A stretch of 57,861 nt of DNA from an uncultured Pseudomonadota bacterium. Its GTDB lineage: Bacteria > Babelota > Babeliae > Babelales > UASB340. Location of the stretch: assembly GCA_964453985.1 (NCBI GenBank), contig CAYVQB010000001.1, positions 1-57,861 on the forward strand. Direction: 5' to 3'. A model generated the notes under the pieces. That model had not been told where the DNA came from and made no database searches. It worked only from the letters and a program-made list of their open reading frames with translations. This document shows positions 9,304 to 19,241 of this stretch, piece after piece. Position 1 is the stretch's first letter; every line of letters starts with the position of its first letter. The position numbers were made by a program, and so were the translations under genes.

Positions 9304-9854
9304 AATCCCACCTGTTTAAATATAAATTTTCTTACATCTCTAAGCTGTTTCTGAATAGATCTTTCCCATAAAAATCTGTTACTGTGTATTCTGAAACCAC
9401 AAATTAGTTTTTCATCCACCATAAATTTTGCAATAACCTTAGACTTTGTAACATGCCTTATGAACTCTATGATTTTGTCTTTTTCTATATCAATAAGTTT
9501 ATGAGAAGTTGTAACTAAAAATAATCGTATATTTTTAAAGACTCTATAACAAGTCTCTATCTGTTTTAAAACTTTATCCAAAATCTCTATTCTTCCATGA
9601 TCCAATAAAATAAAAATTAATTTTTTTAAAGGTTTACATAAACCTAGCTCTTGAGCCACTCTATTTACTGCTTTCTGTTTTATTAAATAAGAAACTCCAG
9701 GAATACCTAAATATACATAGAACTGTTTATTCTGTTTTAAAAAAGTATCTAATTCAGAAATTTTAGAAAGTTCCTGATCCGTCAGGTCATCAATATATAA
9801 ATTTAGAAAAGCAATAGCATATTTTTTTGCGACAACATTAGCTCTTACTTGCAT
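9297..9854 (-). CDS. atpH: F1 ATP synthase subunit delta (OSCP)
   Basis: Position between atpF and atpA, about 185 aa, N-terminal VAKKYAIAF typical of delta. ATG at 9854 is preferred over the TTG at 9866. Confidence 0.75.
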   Translation of the reverse strand: MQVRANVVAKKYAIAFLNLYIDDLTDQELSKISELDTFLKQNKQFYVYLGIPGVSYLIKQKAVNRVAQELGLCKPLKKLIFILLDHGRIEILDKVLKQIETCYRVFKNIRLFLVTTSHKLIDIEKDKIIEFIRHVTKSKVIAKFMVDEKLICGFRIHSNRFLWERSIQKQLRDVRKFIFKQVGLW

Positions 9855-10335
9855 TTTTAGGCTCAATTTTTTCTATAAGTTCCCGTAATAAACTCAAACT
9901 TTTATCTCCCCCATATAAACTTGATATCTCATCTGTTGCTTTAATAATTGCCTGAGGAATAACAATTTTTTGCATCTTTAAGAGGTTCAGATTTTTATCT
10001 TGTAGTTTTCTTTTATCTTCTATGCTTTTAAACAATAATTGATTTTCGATTTGTTGCTGCTTCTCTTTTTCATTTATATCTGTGCGCCAAATACAAACTT
10101 TTTTCTCAAGAGAAAAGAAAATATCTTTTTGTTTTTTAATTTGATTATCTAATCTATCGTGACTAGCAATAAGTAGTTCTGTTTCTTCTTTAAAATCTTT
10201 TTGTTTTTTTTTAATATTACTTATTTGTCGATAAAGAATGGGAAGTAAATTTTCTTTTATTATTTTATAGAAAACAATAGAAAACAAAAAAAATATGAGT
10301 AGCTCAAAAAGTACATAGAAAAAATCAATCGACAT
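9838..10335 (-). CDS. atpF: F0 ATP synthase subunit b
   Basis: Single N-terminal TM helix followed by a long charged coiled coil; located in the atp operon. Confidence 0.7.
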   Translation of the reverse strand: MSIDFFYVLFELLIFFLFSIVFYKIIKENLLPILYRQISNIKKKQKDFKEETELLIASHDRLDNQIKKQKDIFFSLEKKVCIWRTDINEKEKQQQIENQLLFKSIEDKRKLQDKNLNLLKMQKIVIPQAIIKATDEISSLYGGDKSLSLLRELIEKIEPKNASKS

Positions 10336-10684
10336 GAGGAACCCTTTCTACAAGCAATTCTGTTGCTGCTTGAATAATTTTTTCGGACTCATTTTTATTG
10401 ATTTTTTCATCTGATATTTCATTTACAGCACATTCTAAGACGGGCATTTCAACCTCATATTTAACACTCATACTCGTCTTAAAATCATCAAGCTCTTTTT
10501 TGCTGCTTCGTTCCATCTGCAAGAGCAGTTTTTCTTTTTGAGAAATCTTTTTTTTAATTAGGTCTTCTTTTTGTTTTTTCTGGTCTAAAACCAACAAAAC
10601 CGGCTTAAACATGAATTTGTTTAAAAACCAGTAAGTTACCCAAAAGTTTAAAACCTGCAAAAATAAAGTCATGTTGATTTGCAT
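10325..10684 (-). CDS. F0 ATP synthase subunit b' (second b-type subunit)
   Basis: N-terminal TM with the FLNKFMFKPVLLVLDQKKQ pattern typical of b/b' subunits; lies directly after atpE. Confidence 0.65.
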   Translation of the reverse strand: MQINMTLFLQVLNFWVTYWFLNKFMFKPVLLVLDQKKQKEDLIKKKISQKEKLLLQMERSSKKELDDFKTSMSVKYEVEMPVLECAVNEISDEKINKNESEKIIQAATELLVERVPHVD

Positions 10685-10703
10685 GGCAAAACTCTTTTAT
10701 TTT

Positions 10704-10964
10704 TTATCTACCCACAACAAACATTAGAACTAACGCAACAAGTAATGCATAAATAGCTGAAGATTCAACAAATGCCAAAGCCACGACCATCGTACGCGTT
10801 ATAAGGCCCGCGCTCTCAGGTTTTTTGCCTATACTTTCGCAAGCTTTACCCCCAACAAATCCTTGTCCCAACGAAGGACCTATTGAGCCCAATCCCATAC
10901 AAATACCCGCTGCGACACAAGCTGATACCTTTACCCAATTTACCACTTCTACAGGTCCGGCCAT
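10704..10964 (-). CDS. atpE: F0 ATP synthase subunit c
   Basis: 86-aa hairpin proteolipid: GLGSIGPSLGQG loop region and a carboxylate in helix 2 (FVESSAIYALLVAL). Confidence 0.9.
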   Translation of the reverse strand: MAGPVEVVNWVKVSACVAAGICMGLGSIGPSLGQGFVGGKACESIGKKPESAGLITRTMVVALAFVESSAIYALLVALVLMFVVGR

Positions 10965-11003
10965 TTTATCCCTTTCAAAAAAGTATAAACTTACTTTTAA
11001 TAA

Positions 11004-11032
11004 GTATTAAGAACATTGAAGCAATTTGTCAA
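11004..11032 (-). promoter_or_regulatory. Candidate sigma70-type promoter for atpE
   Basis: On the minus strand: TTGACA (11032-11027), a 17-nt spacer, then TAATAC (11009-11004), about 40 nt upstream of the atpE ATG. Confidence 0.35.
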
Positions 11033-11057
11033 ATCTATACTAATTTATATTAAGAAA

Positions 11058-11798
11058 TTATAATCCCCTTAAACTCTTCACTCCCGTTTCCCCTGGAACA
11101 ACAAAGTCTAATCTATCAACAAAGCTTTGTACAGAATCTAAATGCTGCCTTTGTATAGTTAAATCACCCTCAAAATCAGTATTACAGTCTAAAACTAGCA
11201 CAGGCACATCAGCCAAGTAACTCATAACCTCTTTTTTATCCACAAGCCAATCATTGTGTTTCTTATTCAACTCTTGTAAATAAGAAAGTGCAATAGACTC
11301 TTCCTCGCTACGGCTTCTTTTTACAATTCTTTGATGACAAACTTCAGGGTCAGCTTGTAAGTAAATGAAACCATGAGGCTTTTTAGTGTAATTCTTAACC
11401 AACCAGCCAAACCACTCTTGATAAATTTGCCACTCTAAGGCAGACATTTTACCAGATTCATAGCAGTTTTTAGCAAAACAGAAGCGATCACAATAAACAG
11501 ATCTTTCTAGTATCTGAACAGGATATTCACCGGTACTCTTGGCCTCATGCTCAACTAAAGACTGTATTCTTGTAATAAACGCATAACACTGAAAAGTATA
11601 AGCCCAACGCTTTGCATCCTTATAAAAAAGGCCTAAAAGGTTGCCACCTTCATCTAGATTTTGCCACTTATCAGTAGGCTCAAATATAATATCTACATTA
11701 AGCTTTTCTTTTAATATCTTTAGAAAGGTTGATTTACCAACCCCTATATTGCCTTCCAATATTAACGTTTTAGTTGGCACGCAATTCTGTTTTTGCAT
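11058..11798 (-). CDS. Deoxynucleoside kinase (dCK/dGK/dNK family)
   Basis: P-loop EGNIGVGKSTF, ERS motif (ILERSVYCDR), and an arginine-rich lid (RIVKRSRSEE). Confidence 0.8.
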   Translation of the reverse strand: MQKQNCVPTKTLILEGNIGVGKSTFLKILKEKLNVDIIFEPTDKWQNLDEGGNLLGLFYKDAKRWAYTFQCYAFITRIQSLVEHEAKSTGEYPVQILERSVYCDRFCFAKNCYESGKMSALEWQIYQEWFGWLVKNYTKKPHGFIYLQADPEVCHQRIVKRSRSEEESIALSYLQELNKKHNDWLVDKKEVMSYLADVPVLVLDCNTDFEGDLTIQRQHLDSVQSFVDRLDFVVPGETGVKSLRGL

Positions 11799-11975
11799 AA
11801 TATATTCCCCTAAGCATAAAATTACTATTATTCAATCCCGTCATTTTACCTGTTTTAAACAGTATAAAAGCCGTTTAAAAATGTATTAAATTGACAACTA
11901 AGGCAATTGTATTTAAAAATTATACTCTCCATTTTAATAAATTAAAGTATAAAGAAAATTATAAAGAAAGTGTTT

Positions 11976-13445
11976 ATGAATTTTGTTAAGAAATTATTTT
12001 CGCTATTTATTTTTACGACTTTGGTAGCAGGTAGCAGCTATATTATTGCTAATGATCTCGATGATGACGATTTTGATTTTGGCTTAGACATTAACGAGAT
12101 AACACCTATAAATCTTCCTAATACACAAACAAGGGCCAACAATGACGATCTTTTACCATTCCTGGTACCTGTAGTTGAAAACATAAAAACACCCCTATGG
12201 AACCATACAAAATCTCCCAAAGGGCGAGATGCTTTGTATCTTATGCCCAACAAACTTTTGGCCATAGAGTACGGTGGAGCTGTTTTAAATCTATTTTTTA
12301 ACTATACAAATAAGATGAACTTTTCTATAGATGAAGCCCTAAAACTTACAGATAATCAAGAAGCAATCAACTCTCTAGAAACTTTTCTTGTGCACTTAAT
12401 AAACGACACATCCGCTTCCGAAGCTTCAGCTATTATGCCTTTATTTAAAAAGCTAACAATACAAGAACGAAAAGGTGGAGGGCTTATTCAAGCAGGCTTT
12501 ATAACCGGACCATTTACCTTTCAACTAAACACATCACTACAAGTATCAGAAAGAAATTTCTGGCTAAGCAAAGGTGATCAAGAAGAACTTTCAAGTATGT
12601 TTAAAGGTGCAGATTCAACTTTTGATAAAAAAGAACTCTATTTAATAAAGTATGGCTTAGGTGATACAAGACTAAAAGCAGGCCTAAATAGTCTTAATAT
12701 GAGTAGCTTTAAATTAGATGTAGGCTTTGAGGGTATCTTTCCAACAAGTAAAATATCCAGCATTCCCAGATTAAAAGCTTATGACATAAACTTAGACAAC
12801 TTCCAAACCACGCTTCCTGATGTTCTAAAAAGTATAAGAGACAATCTTATAACTCCAAGGTTAGGTAATGGTGGGCACTTTGGGTTAGGTTGCTATACAG
12901 AAGCAAAAGTGGATCTATTTCATAATGCAATACAACTGTGGGGACGATTATCTTTCGATAATTTATTTAGCGCAAAGGAAGATAGACTTATAGCCTCAAA
13001 ACAAACAATAACAAAAGTTGATCCTCTTGAACTATTGGCAGATCCAGAATATATGACAAAATTCTTGAAAGAATTTGTGTTTCCACCAGCTTACCAAGTC
13101 GTAATTCAGCCCGGAGGCATATTTAATTTTGTACTAAGCTCAACCTTTAATGTAAGTAAACGATGGGGTCTGGGCATTGGTTACGATTATTACTTGGAAC
13201 AAAAAGAATTATTTGAAAATGTTTATAACATAGAAGACGGTTCATCAGTAGACACTAGCTCATTGCGTGTTGATGATGCACAACAACCAAGCTCATCCCA
13301 ACATAAAATCTTTGCTGAGGCTAACTATACACGAAAACAACGAGGCTGGGATCTACTTCTAGGCTTAGGTGGTGACTACACAATATCAAGCAAAAGAATG
13401 GGCCATGACTGGACACTCTTTTTAAGACTAGGTGCAGCATTCTAA
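11976..13445 (+). CDS. Putative outer-membrane beta-barrel protein
   Basis: Signal peptide, alternating-hydrophobicity strands, a GLGD motif and a C-terminal ...RLGAAF (terminal Phe typical of OMPs). ATG at 11976 is preferred over the GTG at 11970. Confidence 0.5.
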   Translation: MNFVKKLFSLFIFTTLVAGSSYIIANDLDDDDFDFGLDINEITPINLPNTQTRANNDDLLPFLVPVVENIKTPLWNHTKSPKGRDALYLMPNKLLAIEYGGAVLNLFFNYTNKMNFSIDEALKLTDNQEAINSLETFLVHLINDTSASEASAIMPLFKKLTIQERKGGGLIQAGFITGPFTFQLNTSLQVSERNFWLSKGDQEELSSMFKGADSTFDKKELYLIKYGLGDTRLKAGLNSLNMSSFKLDVGFEGIFPTSKISSIPRLKAYDINLDNFQTTLPDVLKSIRDNLITPRLGNGGHFGLGCYTEAKVDLFHNAIQLWGRLSFDNLFSAKEDRLIASKQTITKVDPLELLADPEYMTKFLKEFVFPPAYQVVIQPGGIFNFVLSSTFNVSKRWGLGIGYDYYLEQKELFENVYNIEDGSSVDTSSLRVDDAQQPSSSQHKIFAEANYTRKQRGWDLLLGLGGDYTISSKRMGHDWTLFLRLGAAF

Positions 13446-13532
13446 AAACTTTGCTTTTTTATGCAACTTGCGCTAGATTAACCAATCGTTTTATAGCTTA
13501 TGAAAAATAAATTTTTAATAGGAAGTTTTTAT

Positions 13533-14201
13533 ATGAAAAAAATTATTTTAGCTAGCTTAGCTACAACACTTATAACATCAGTAAATCTCTTAAGTATTGC
13601 ACCTCAAACAGAAACAATAAACGAACTTGCTAAGCAACTTGATACACTTAAAATACAACCAACAAAATCTGATATCGCAGGAGAAAAGTTATCAAAACTT
13701 TTATCCACCAAACCTGACTGGGTAGCATCAGCAAAAAATACAGTTTCCATATCCAAAAACATTAATGCTTTACTAGCAAAAGTAAAAAATAATAAAAATA
13801 AAAATTTAGAAGCAAAACTATATAAAGTAGTTGCCAGCCATATCAATAAAATGGCAAAAAGTATTGAGGGCGTAGAAGAAATCAAAACAGAAGCTCCTAC
13901 ACTAAAAGAAATAACTAAAAAAAGTAAAGAAGTTTTACTCGTTCCAGTAAACGTATTCTTAAAACCTTTACACGCAGCCCAAAGTCTTGTAAGAAGTTAT
14001 GTTGAAGATATAATACAAGAAGATCTGACTATAATAGAAATCATAAAGATCACAGATAATAAACCTTTAATTATTCAATTTTTAGACACAAAAAAAGATG
14101 TCGACAGTTTTTTTGAAAAAGAACTAAATAATATAGAAAATACAATTCAGTTGTGCCTTGAAATTATAAGCCTAACTGATCCAATATTTAAATTTATATA
14201 A
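13533..14201 (+). CDS. Hypothetical secreted protein
   Basis: ATG 13533 preceded by AGGAAG; signal peptide MKKIILASLATTLITSVNLLSIA. No recognisable domain. Confidence 0.5.
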   Translation: MKKIILASLATTLITSVNLLSIAPQTETINELAKQLDTLKIQPTKSDIAGEKLSKLLSTKPDWVASAKNTVSISKNINALLAKVKNNKNKNLEAKLYKVVASHINKMAKSIEGVEEIKTEAPTLKEITKKSKEVLLVPVNVFLKPLHAAQSLVRSYVEDIIQEDLTIIEIIKITDNKPLIIQFLDTKKDVDSFFEKELNNIENTIQLCLEIISLTDPIFKFI

Positions 14202-14206
14202 TTTTA

Positions 14207-16402
14207 ATGAACGAAATTGTAGAGATTCACGGTACTTTAGAAAAAGAAGTTTATAAAAGTAAAGAAAATGGTTTTGGCGTTTTTCGTGTAAAAGTAAACG
14301 CCAAGACCGTTATTACTGTTCAAGGTTGCCTACCTCAAGTTCATGAAGGCGAACAAGCAACATTTAAAGGCAAATGGGTCTTTCATCCAAAGTTTGGCCG
14401 GCAATTTGAAGTGACAGAATGCCAAGCTACACTTCCAGCTTCTGCAGACGGCATTCAAAAATATCTAGCTTCAGGACTAATAAAAGGCATAGGTCCAAAG
14501 TTTGCAGAAAAGCTTGTAAAAGCTTTTGGGGAAAAAACCTTACAGATAATAGACGAACAACCTCAAATGCTCTCTAGTATAAATGGTGTTGGGCCAAGAA
14601 AAATTGAGTCTATAATAAATGCCTGGCAAGACCAAAAAGAGATTTCTCAGGTGATGGTATTTTTGAAAGAAAAAGATATACCAACCTCATTTGCAGTAAA
14701 AATATACAAAACCTATGGCGCAAACTCTTTACAAAAAATACAAGAAGATCCATATAGACTAGTTGAAGATATTTGGGGCGTAGGATTTAAGACCGCAGAC
14801 TCACTAGCATTAAAACTTGGTATCGAAAAAAATTCCATTAAACGAATAAAGTCTGGAATAATGTTTTGTATCACACAAGCCACGACTAATGGGCACCTAT
14901 ATGAAAAAGTAGAAGATACAAAAAAGAATACATTAAAAATATTAGAACTTGGAGCTGAAGACACCCAAAATCAACAATTATTAAAACAGGCTTTAGGTGA
15001 ACTTTACCAACAAGATAAAATAAAATTAATTACACATGATGATAAACATTTTTTATCTTTACCTAAATTTTATTATTCAGAAAAAGGTATTTCTAATAAA
15101 ATACTAAAATTCTTAGATAAAAAAGTTACCCACAACTTTGACTTTGACAAAGTATATGATCAAATAAGAAAACCAGATTCAAACAGCATAGACCTTAACG
15201 AAGATCAACAAAGAGGTATTCTTACCTGTTTGCAAAACAGAATTACAATTATTACTGGTGGTCCAGGAACAGGTAAAACAACTTTAATTAAAAAATTACT
15301 AGAGACTCTATCTGATAATCATATTAAATTTAGACTCGCAGCGCCCACAGGACGTGCTGCAAAGCGGATGTTTGAAGGTACAGGTCAGAATACTGAAACA
15401 TTGCACAGGCTTCTGGAATTTAGCCCAGACATAATGACGTTTAAAAAAAACGAATTAGATGCGCTTGATCTAGATTTTTTAATAGTTGACGAATCTTCTA
15501 TGATCGACGTTTTTTTAATGCACTCTTTATTAAAAGCACTACCCAGCAAAGCTCACCTTGTCTTATTAGGCGATGTAGACCAACTACCATCCGTAGGAGC
15601 CGGAAACATATTAAATGACCTTATATGTTCAGAAAAAATAGCCATTGTAAAATTAATAGAGATTTTTAGACAAGCTCAAGATAGCCTTATTATCGTCAAT
15701 GCACACAAAGTTAATAATGGTGAGTTTCCAACCACATTTGTAGAAAATAAAAACTTAAAAAAAGATTTTATTTATATAAAAGAAAATGAACCCGAGGGCA
15801 TCTTCCCTCTTTTGCATAAAATATATAAAACTAAATTACCTAGCCTTGGTATTCTTCCAAGCGATGCTATAGTACTTGCCCCTATGAACAGGGGCATTGC
15901 AGGAACACAAAGAATTAATCAAGAGTTACAAATGCTTTTGAATCCTGCGCAGACACCAAAACAAATTACACGATTTGGCCAAGTTTATAAGCTTGGAGAT
16001 AAAGTGATGCAGATTCGTAATAATTATGACAAGTTTGTATTTAATGGCGATATAGGCACAATTCAAGACGTGCTTTTGGAAGATCAAAAACTTATCATTA
16101 ACTTTGGCAGCAGAGACCTTGAATATGATTTTACAGAAATGGATGAACTTGTACTTTCTTATTCTATTTCTATACACAAAAGCCAAGGATCAGAGTTCCA
16201 GGCTGTTATAATACCAATTTTCATGCAACACTTTATTCTGTTACAAAGAAATTTAATTTACACTGCTATAACTCGAGCAAAAAAACTTTGTATTTTGATT
16301 GGGCAACCTAGAGCTGTTGCAATGGGAATCAAGAATAATAAAAGCGTAGAACGTAATACTTTTTTAAAAGAATTTTTAACTAGCGATCTGGAAGCCAGGT
16401 AA
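14207..16402 (+). CDS. recD2: RecD2-type SF1B DNA helicase
   Basis: Walker A GGPGTGKTT, Walker B LIVDESSM, LLGDVDQLPSVGAGN, C-terminal SIHKSQGSEF and YTAITRAK. HhH-type N-terminal region (GIGPKFAEKLV). Confidence 0.9.
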   Translation: MNEIVEIHGTLEKEVYKSKENGFGVFRVKVNAKTVITVQGCLPQVHEGEQATFKGKWVFHPKFGRQFEVTECQATLPASADGIQKYLASGLIKGIGPKFAEKLVKAFGEKTLQIIDEQPQMLSSINGVGPRKIESIINAWQDQKEISQVMVFLKEKDIPTSFAVKIYKTYGANSLQKIQEDPYRLVEDIWGVGFKTADSLALKLGIEKNSIKRIKSGIMFCITQATTNGHLYEKVEDTKKNTLKILELGAEDTQNQQLLKQALGELYQQDKIKLITHDDKHFLSLPKFYYSEKGISNKILKFLDKKVTHNFDFDKVYDQIRKPDSNSIDLNEDQQRGILTCLQNRITIITGGPGTGKTTLIKKLLETLSDNHIKFRLAAPTGRAAKRMFEGTGQNTETLHRLLEFSPDIMTFKKNELDALDLDFLIVDESSMIDVFLMHSLLKALPSKAHLVLLGDVDQLPSVGAGNILNDLICSEKIAIVKLIEIFRQAQDSLIIVNAHKVNNGEFPTTFVENKNLKKDFIYIKENEPEGIFPLLHKIYKTKLPSLGILPSDAIVLAPMNRGIAGTQRINQELQMLLNPAQTPKQITRFGQVYKLGDKVMQIRNNYDKFVFNGDIGTIQDVLLEDQKLIINFGSRDLEYDFTEMDELVLSYSISIHKSQGSEFQAVIIPIFMQHFILLQRNLIYTAITRAKKLCILIGQPRAVAMGIKNNKSVERNTFLKEFLTSDLEAR

Positions 16403-16433
16403 ACTAAATTATTAAAAAAGAAGAAAGTTTTTT

Positions 16434-17081
16434 ATGAAAAGCATTTCAAAAATATCTTATTTTTTTCTTGTTACACTTGTTTTTTCAAATTTGTATGCAG
16501 GACGTGGTCATCATTGTACTCACAATAATAAGCAGAGCCTTAAGGCTCGTCGGCTACAACATCAAATCTACAAACGAACCCAGGAAAACCAAAACCAACG
16601 AGGGGAACATCTTGCAAAAGAGATGCCACAAGGTTTTATTCCTTGCCAAGCATTTGTAATTTCGAATAAATCAGTCGTTATGACCTTAATAGTTTTTTTG
16701 CTAATGAGCAATTTTGCATCAGTAAAGGCTAGTGTAGATAATCCATTATGCTATCTAGAGGAGGGTCCTTTATACGATATAGATCAGCCTTTACACTATC
16801 TAGAGACTACATACATTATAGAGGGGAATAGGTTAGATGTTAGACAGAATAGTATTCGTTATCACTATCCAGAGGGTTCTTTAGACTGTCTAAATTATTG
16901 TCCAGGAAACGGCTATGGGATTCATCAAGCAACTGTAAATGAGACAAAAATCTTTGAAGACGTCACTGGTCATAAAATACTCTCTAAAGAGATGTTATAT
17001 GTAAATTCAGACTATACAAATTTAAACTCACATGAAAATATATATTATCTTAGGCGCTGCAAACCATTAAAGAATTATTAA
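16434..17081 (+). CDS. Hypothetical secreted/membrane protein
   Basis: N-terminal signal peptide plus a second signal-like hydrophobic segment (VVMTLIVFLLMSNFASVKA). Cys-containing C-terminal half. Confidence 0.45.
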   Translation: MKSISKISYFFLVTLVFSNLYAGRGHHCTHNNKQSLKARRLQHQIYKRTQENQNQRGEHLAKEMPQGFIPCQAFVISNKSVVMTLIVFLLMSNFASVKASVDNPLCYLEEGPLYDIDQPLHYLETTYIIEGNRLDVRQNSIRYHYPEGSLDCLNYCPGNGYGIHQATVNETKIFEDVTGHKILSKEMLYVNSDYTNLNSHENIYYLRRCKPLKNY

Positions 17082-17102
17082 TGGTAAAAAAAGTTTTGAA
17101 AT

Positions 17103-17789
17103 ATGAAAATATCAAAAACAAAAATTCTAATTATTTTATTATTAATCTCTGGAATAATTGCACTCCGATTTTCCCCAATTACAGAGTATTTAAGCTTTCA
17201 AAACTTTGTAAAATATAAACAAGAATTCAAAGATCTGGTTAATAATAATTACCTTATCTCTGTTCTTCTTTATATCTTAACTTATATTCTTATAAATATA
17301 TTTATGCTCCCAAGCGCTGCAATTCTAACTCTTGCAGGAGGCTTTATATTTGGTATCTTCTTAGGAACCTTGTATATAAACATAGGTGCTACAGCGGGTG
17401 CTGTAATTGGGTTTTTAGGTTCTAGATATCTCTTTGGACATTGGGTACAAGAAACCTATAAAGATAAATTGATAAAATTTAATCAAAACTTAAAAGATAA
17501 CGGAGCCTATTATCTCTTTATAATCAGGCTCATACCAGTAATACCTTTCTTTTTAATAAATATATTGGCAGGACTCACAAAAATACGACTATTTACATTT
17601 GCCTGGACAACAGCACTTGGCATAATACCTATATCTCTAATTTATACTTTCGCAGGAAAACAAATAGAGACTATATCAAAGCCATCAGATATTTTTTCTC
17701 AAAAAATCATACTAGCTTTTATTCTTCTTGTTTTGGTCTCTTTATTACCAATTATTTTTAATAAAATTAAGAACAAGCACAAAAAATAA
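17103..17789 (+). CDS. TVP38/TMEM64 (DedA-superfamily) membrane protein
   Basis: LPSAAILTLAGGFIFG, GATAGAVIGFLGSRYLF and RLIPVIPFFLINILAGLT match the family's conserved re-entrant loop motifs. Confidence 0.7.
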   Translation: MKISKTKILIILLLISGIIALRFSPITEYLSFQNFVKYKQEFKDLVNNNYLISVLLYILTYILINIFMLPSAAILTLAGGFIFGIFLGTLYINIGATAGAVIGFLGSRYLFGHWVQETYKDKLIKFNQNLKDNGAYYLFIIRLIPVIPFFLINILAGLTKIRLFTFAWTTALGIIPISLIYTFAGKQIETISKPSDIFSQKIILAFILLVLVSLLPIIFNKIKNKHKK

Positions 17790-17858
17790 CCCACACCTTG
17801 CTTTATATTCCCTGTTTTATTATGATTTAACCCTTATAATAAAATAGGGGATTTTTAT

Positions 17859-19241
17859 ATGAAAGAATGTACATTTATTATCTTAGGGGCAACAGGGGAC
17901 CTAACAAAAAGAAAACTGATTCCTGCCATATACAAGTTAGTAGAAGATAAAAGAATAGAAAAGTTTGCAATAATAGGTGCTGCAAGCTCAGATACAAATA
18001 TAGATACAATATTACAAGCATCTGAAAAGTTTATCCCTAATCTAAACAATAAGACCTGGGATAAAATAAAAACTAATTCTTATTACTATAGGTTAGATTT
18101 TTATGAGAGCTCCGGATATCCAGATTTCAAAAAGCTTATAGAAAAAGTAGAAAAAAAACATAAGCTAGTTTGTAATAAAATATTTTATTTTGCGACCTTA
18201 CCAAAACATTTTAAAACGGTAACAGAAAATTTAGCAAAATATAAAATAGTCGAAAAGCATGAAAACCAACAAGAATGCGTAAAATGTAAGCATCCATGGT
18301 CAAGGATAGTCTACGAAAAACCTTTTGGTGATGACCTCAAAACAGCAAAAGAAATAAACAAATCTATATCAAAACTATTTCACGAAAAACAGATATATCG
18401 CATAGATCATTATCTAGGTAAAGAACTTGTAAGCAATATTGCACTTTCTCGTTTTACAAACATAATATTCGAACCACTCTGGAATAATAAATACATAGAC
18501 TCTGTTAATATTAAACTTAGTGAAAATATAGGGGTAGGCTCCCGTGGTGCATTCTATGATAAATACGGTGCCATAAAAGATGTAATACAAAACCATATGT
18601 TACAAATTTTGGCCCTTGTTGCAATGGAACAACCCAAAGAACTAAAAGCCGAAGATATACGTAATGCAAAATCCAAAATTTTGAAAAAAGTAAAAGTAAA
18701 AGAAACTATTTTAGGCCAGTATGATGGTTATACAGAAGAAAAAAATGTTGATCCAAAATCCAAAACAGAAACTTTTGCGGCCCTAAAGGTTTGTATAGAT
18801 AATAAGCGCTGGAAGGGTGTTCCTTTTTATCTTGAAGCAGGTAAATATTTAGATAAAAAAGAATCTTTAATAAAAATAAAATTCAAAATGGTAAAATGCT
18901 TATTACCTGAAAATTGCCCTACAGATTCAAACTATCTAATTATAAAGATAAATCCAGATGAAGGCTTTTATCTAGAATTAAATACTAAAACTCCAGGCAA
19001 ATCGAATCAGATTACACCGGTTAAAATGAATTTTTGTCAAAGTTGCCTCTTTGGCCCAAATACACCTGCAGCCTATGAAAACCTTTTATACGATGTTATA
19101 AACGGCGATCAATTTGCATTTGTAAGATCTGATGAAATAGAACTTTCTTGGAAAATAGTAGAACAAATTAATAAAAATAAATTAAAACTTTATAAATATA
19201 AAAAGGGGAGCACTGGCCCCAAATTAAACTGGAGTAAATAA
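17859..19241 (+). CDS. zwf: Glucose-6-phosphate 1-dehydrogenase
   Basis: NADP-binding ILGATGDLTKRKLIPAIY; active-site RIDHYLGKE; IQNHMLQILALVAME. Confidence 0.9.
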   Translation: MKECTFIILGATGDLTKRKLIPAIYKLVEDKRIEKFAIIGAASSDTNIDTILQASEKFIPNLNNKTWDKIKTNSYYYRLDFYESSGYPDFKKLIEKVEKKHKLVCNKIFYFATLPKHFKTVTENLAKYKIVEKHENQQECVKCKHPWSRIVYEKPFGDDLKTAKEINKSISKLFHEKQIYRIDHYLGKELVSNIALSRFTNIIFEPLWNNKYIDSVNIKLSENIGVGSRGAFYDKYGAIKDVIQNHMLQILALVAMEQPKELKAEDIRNAKSKILKKVKVKETILGQYDGYTEEKNVDPKSKTETFAALKVCIDNKRWKGVPFYLEAGKYLDKKESLIKIKFKMVKCLLPENCPTDSNYLIIKINPDEGFYLELNTKTPGKSNQITPVKMNFCQSCLFGPNTPAAYENLLYDVINGDQFAFVRSDEIELSWKIVEQINKNKLKLYKYKKGSTGPKLNWSK

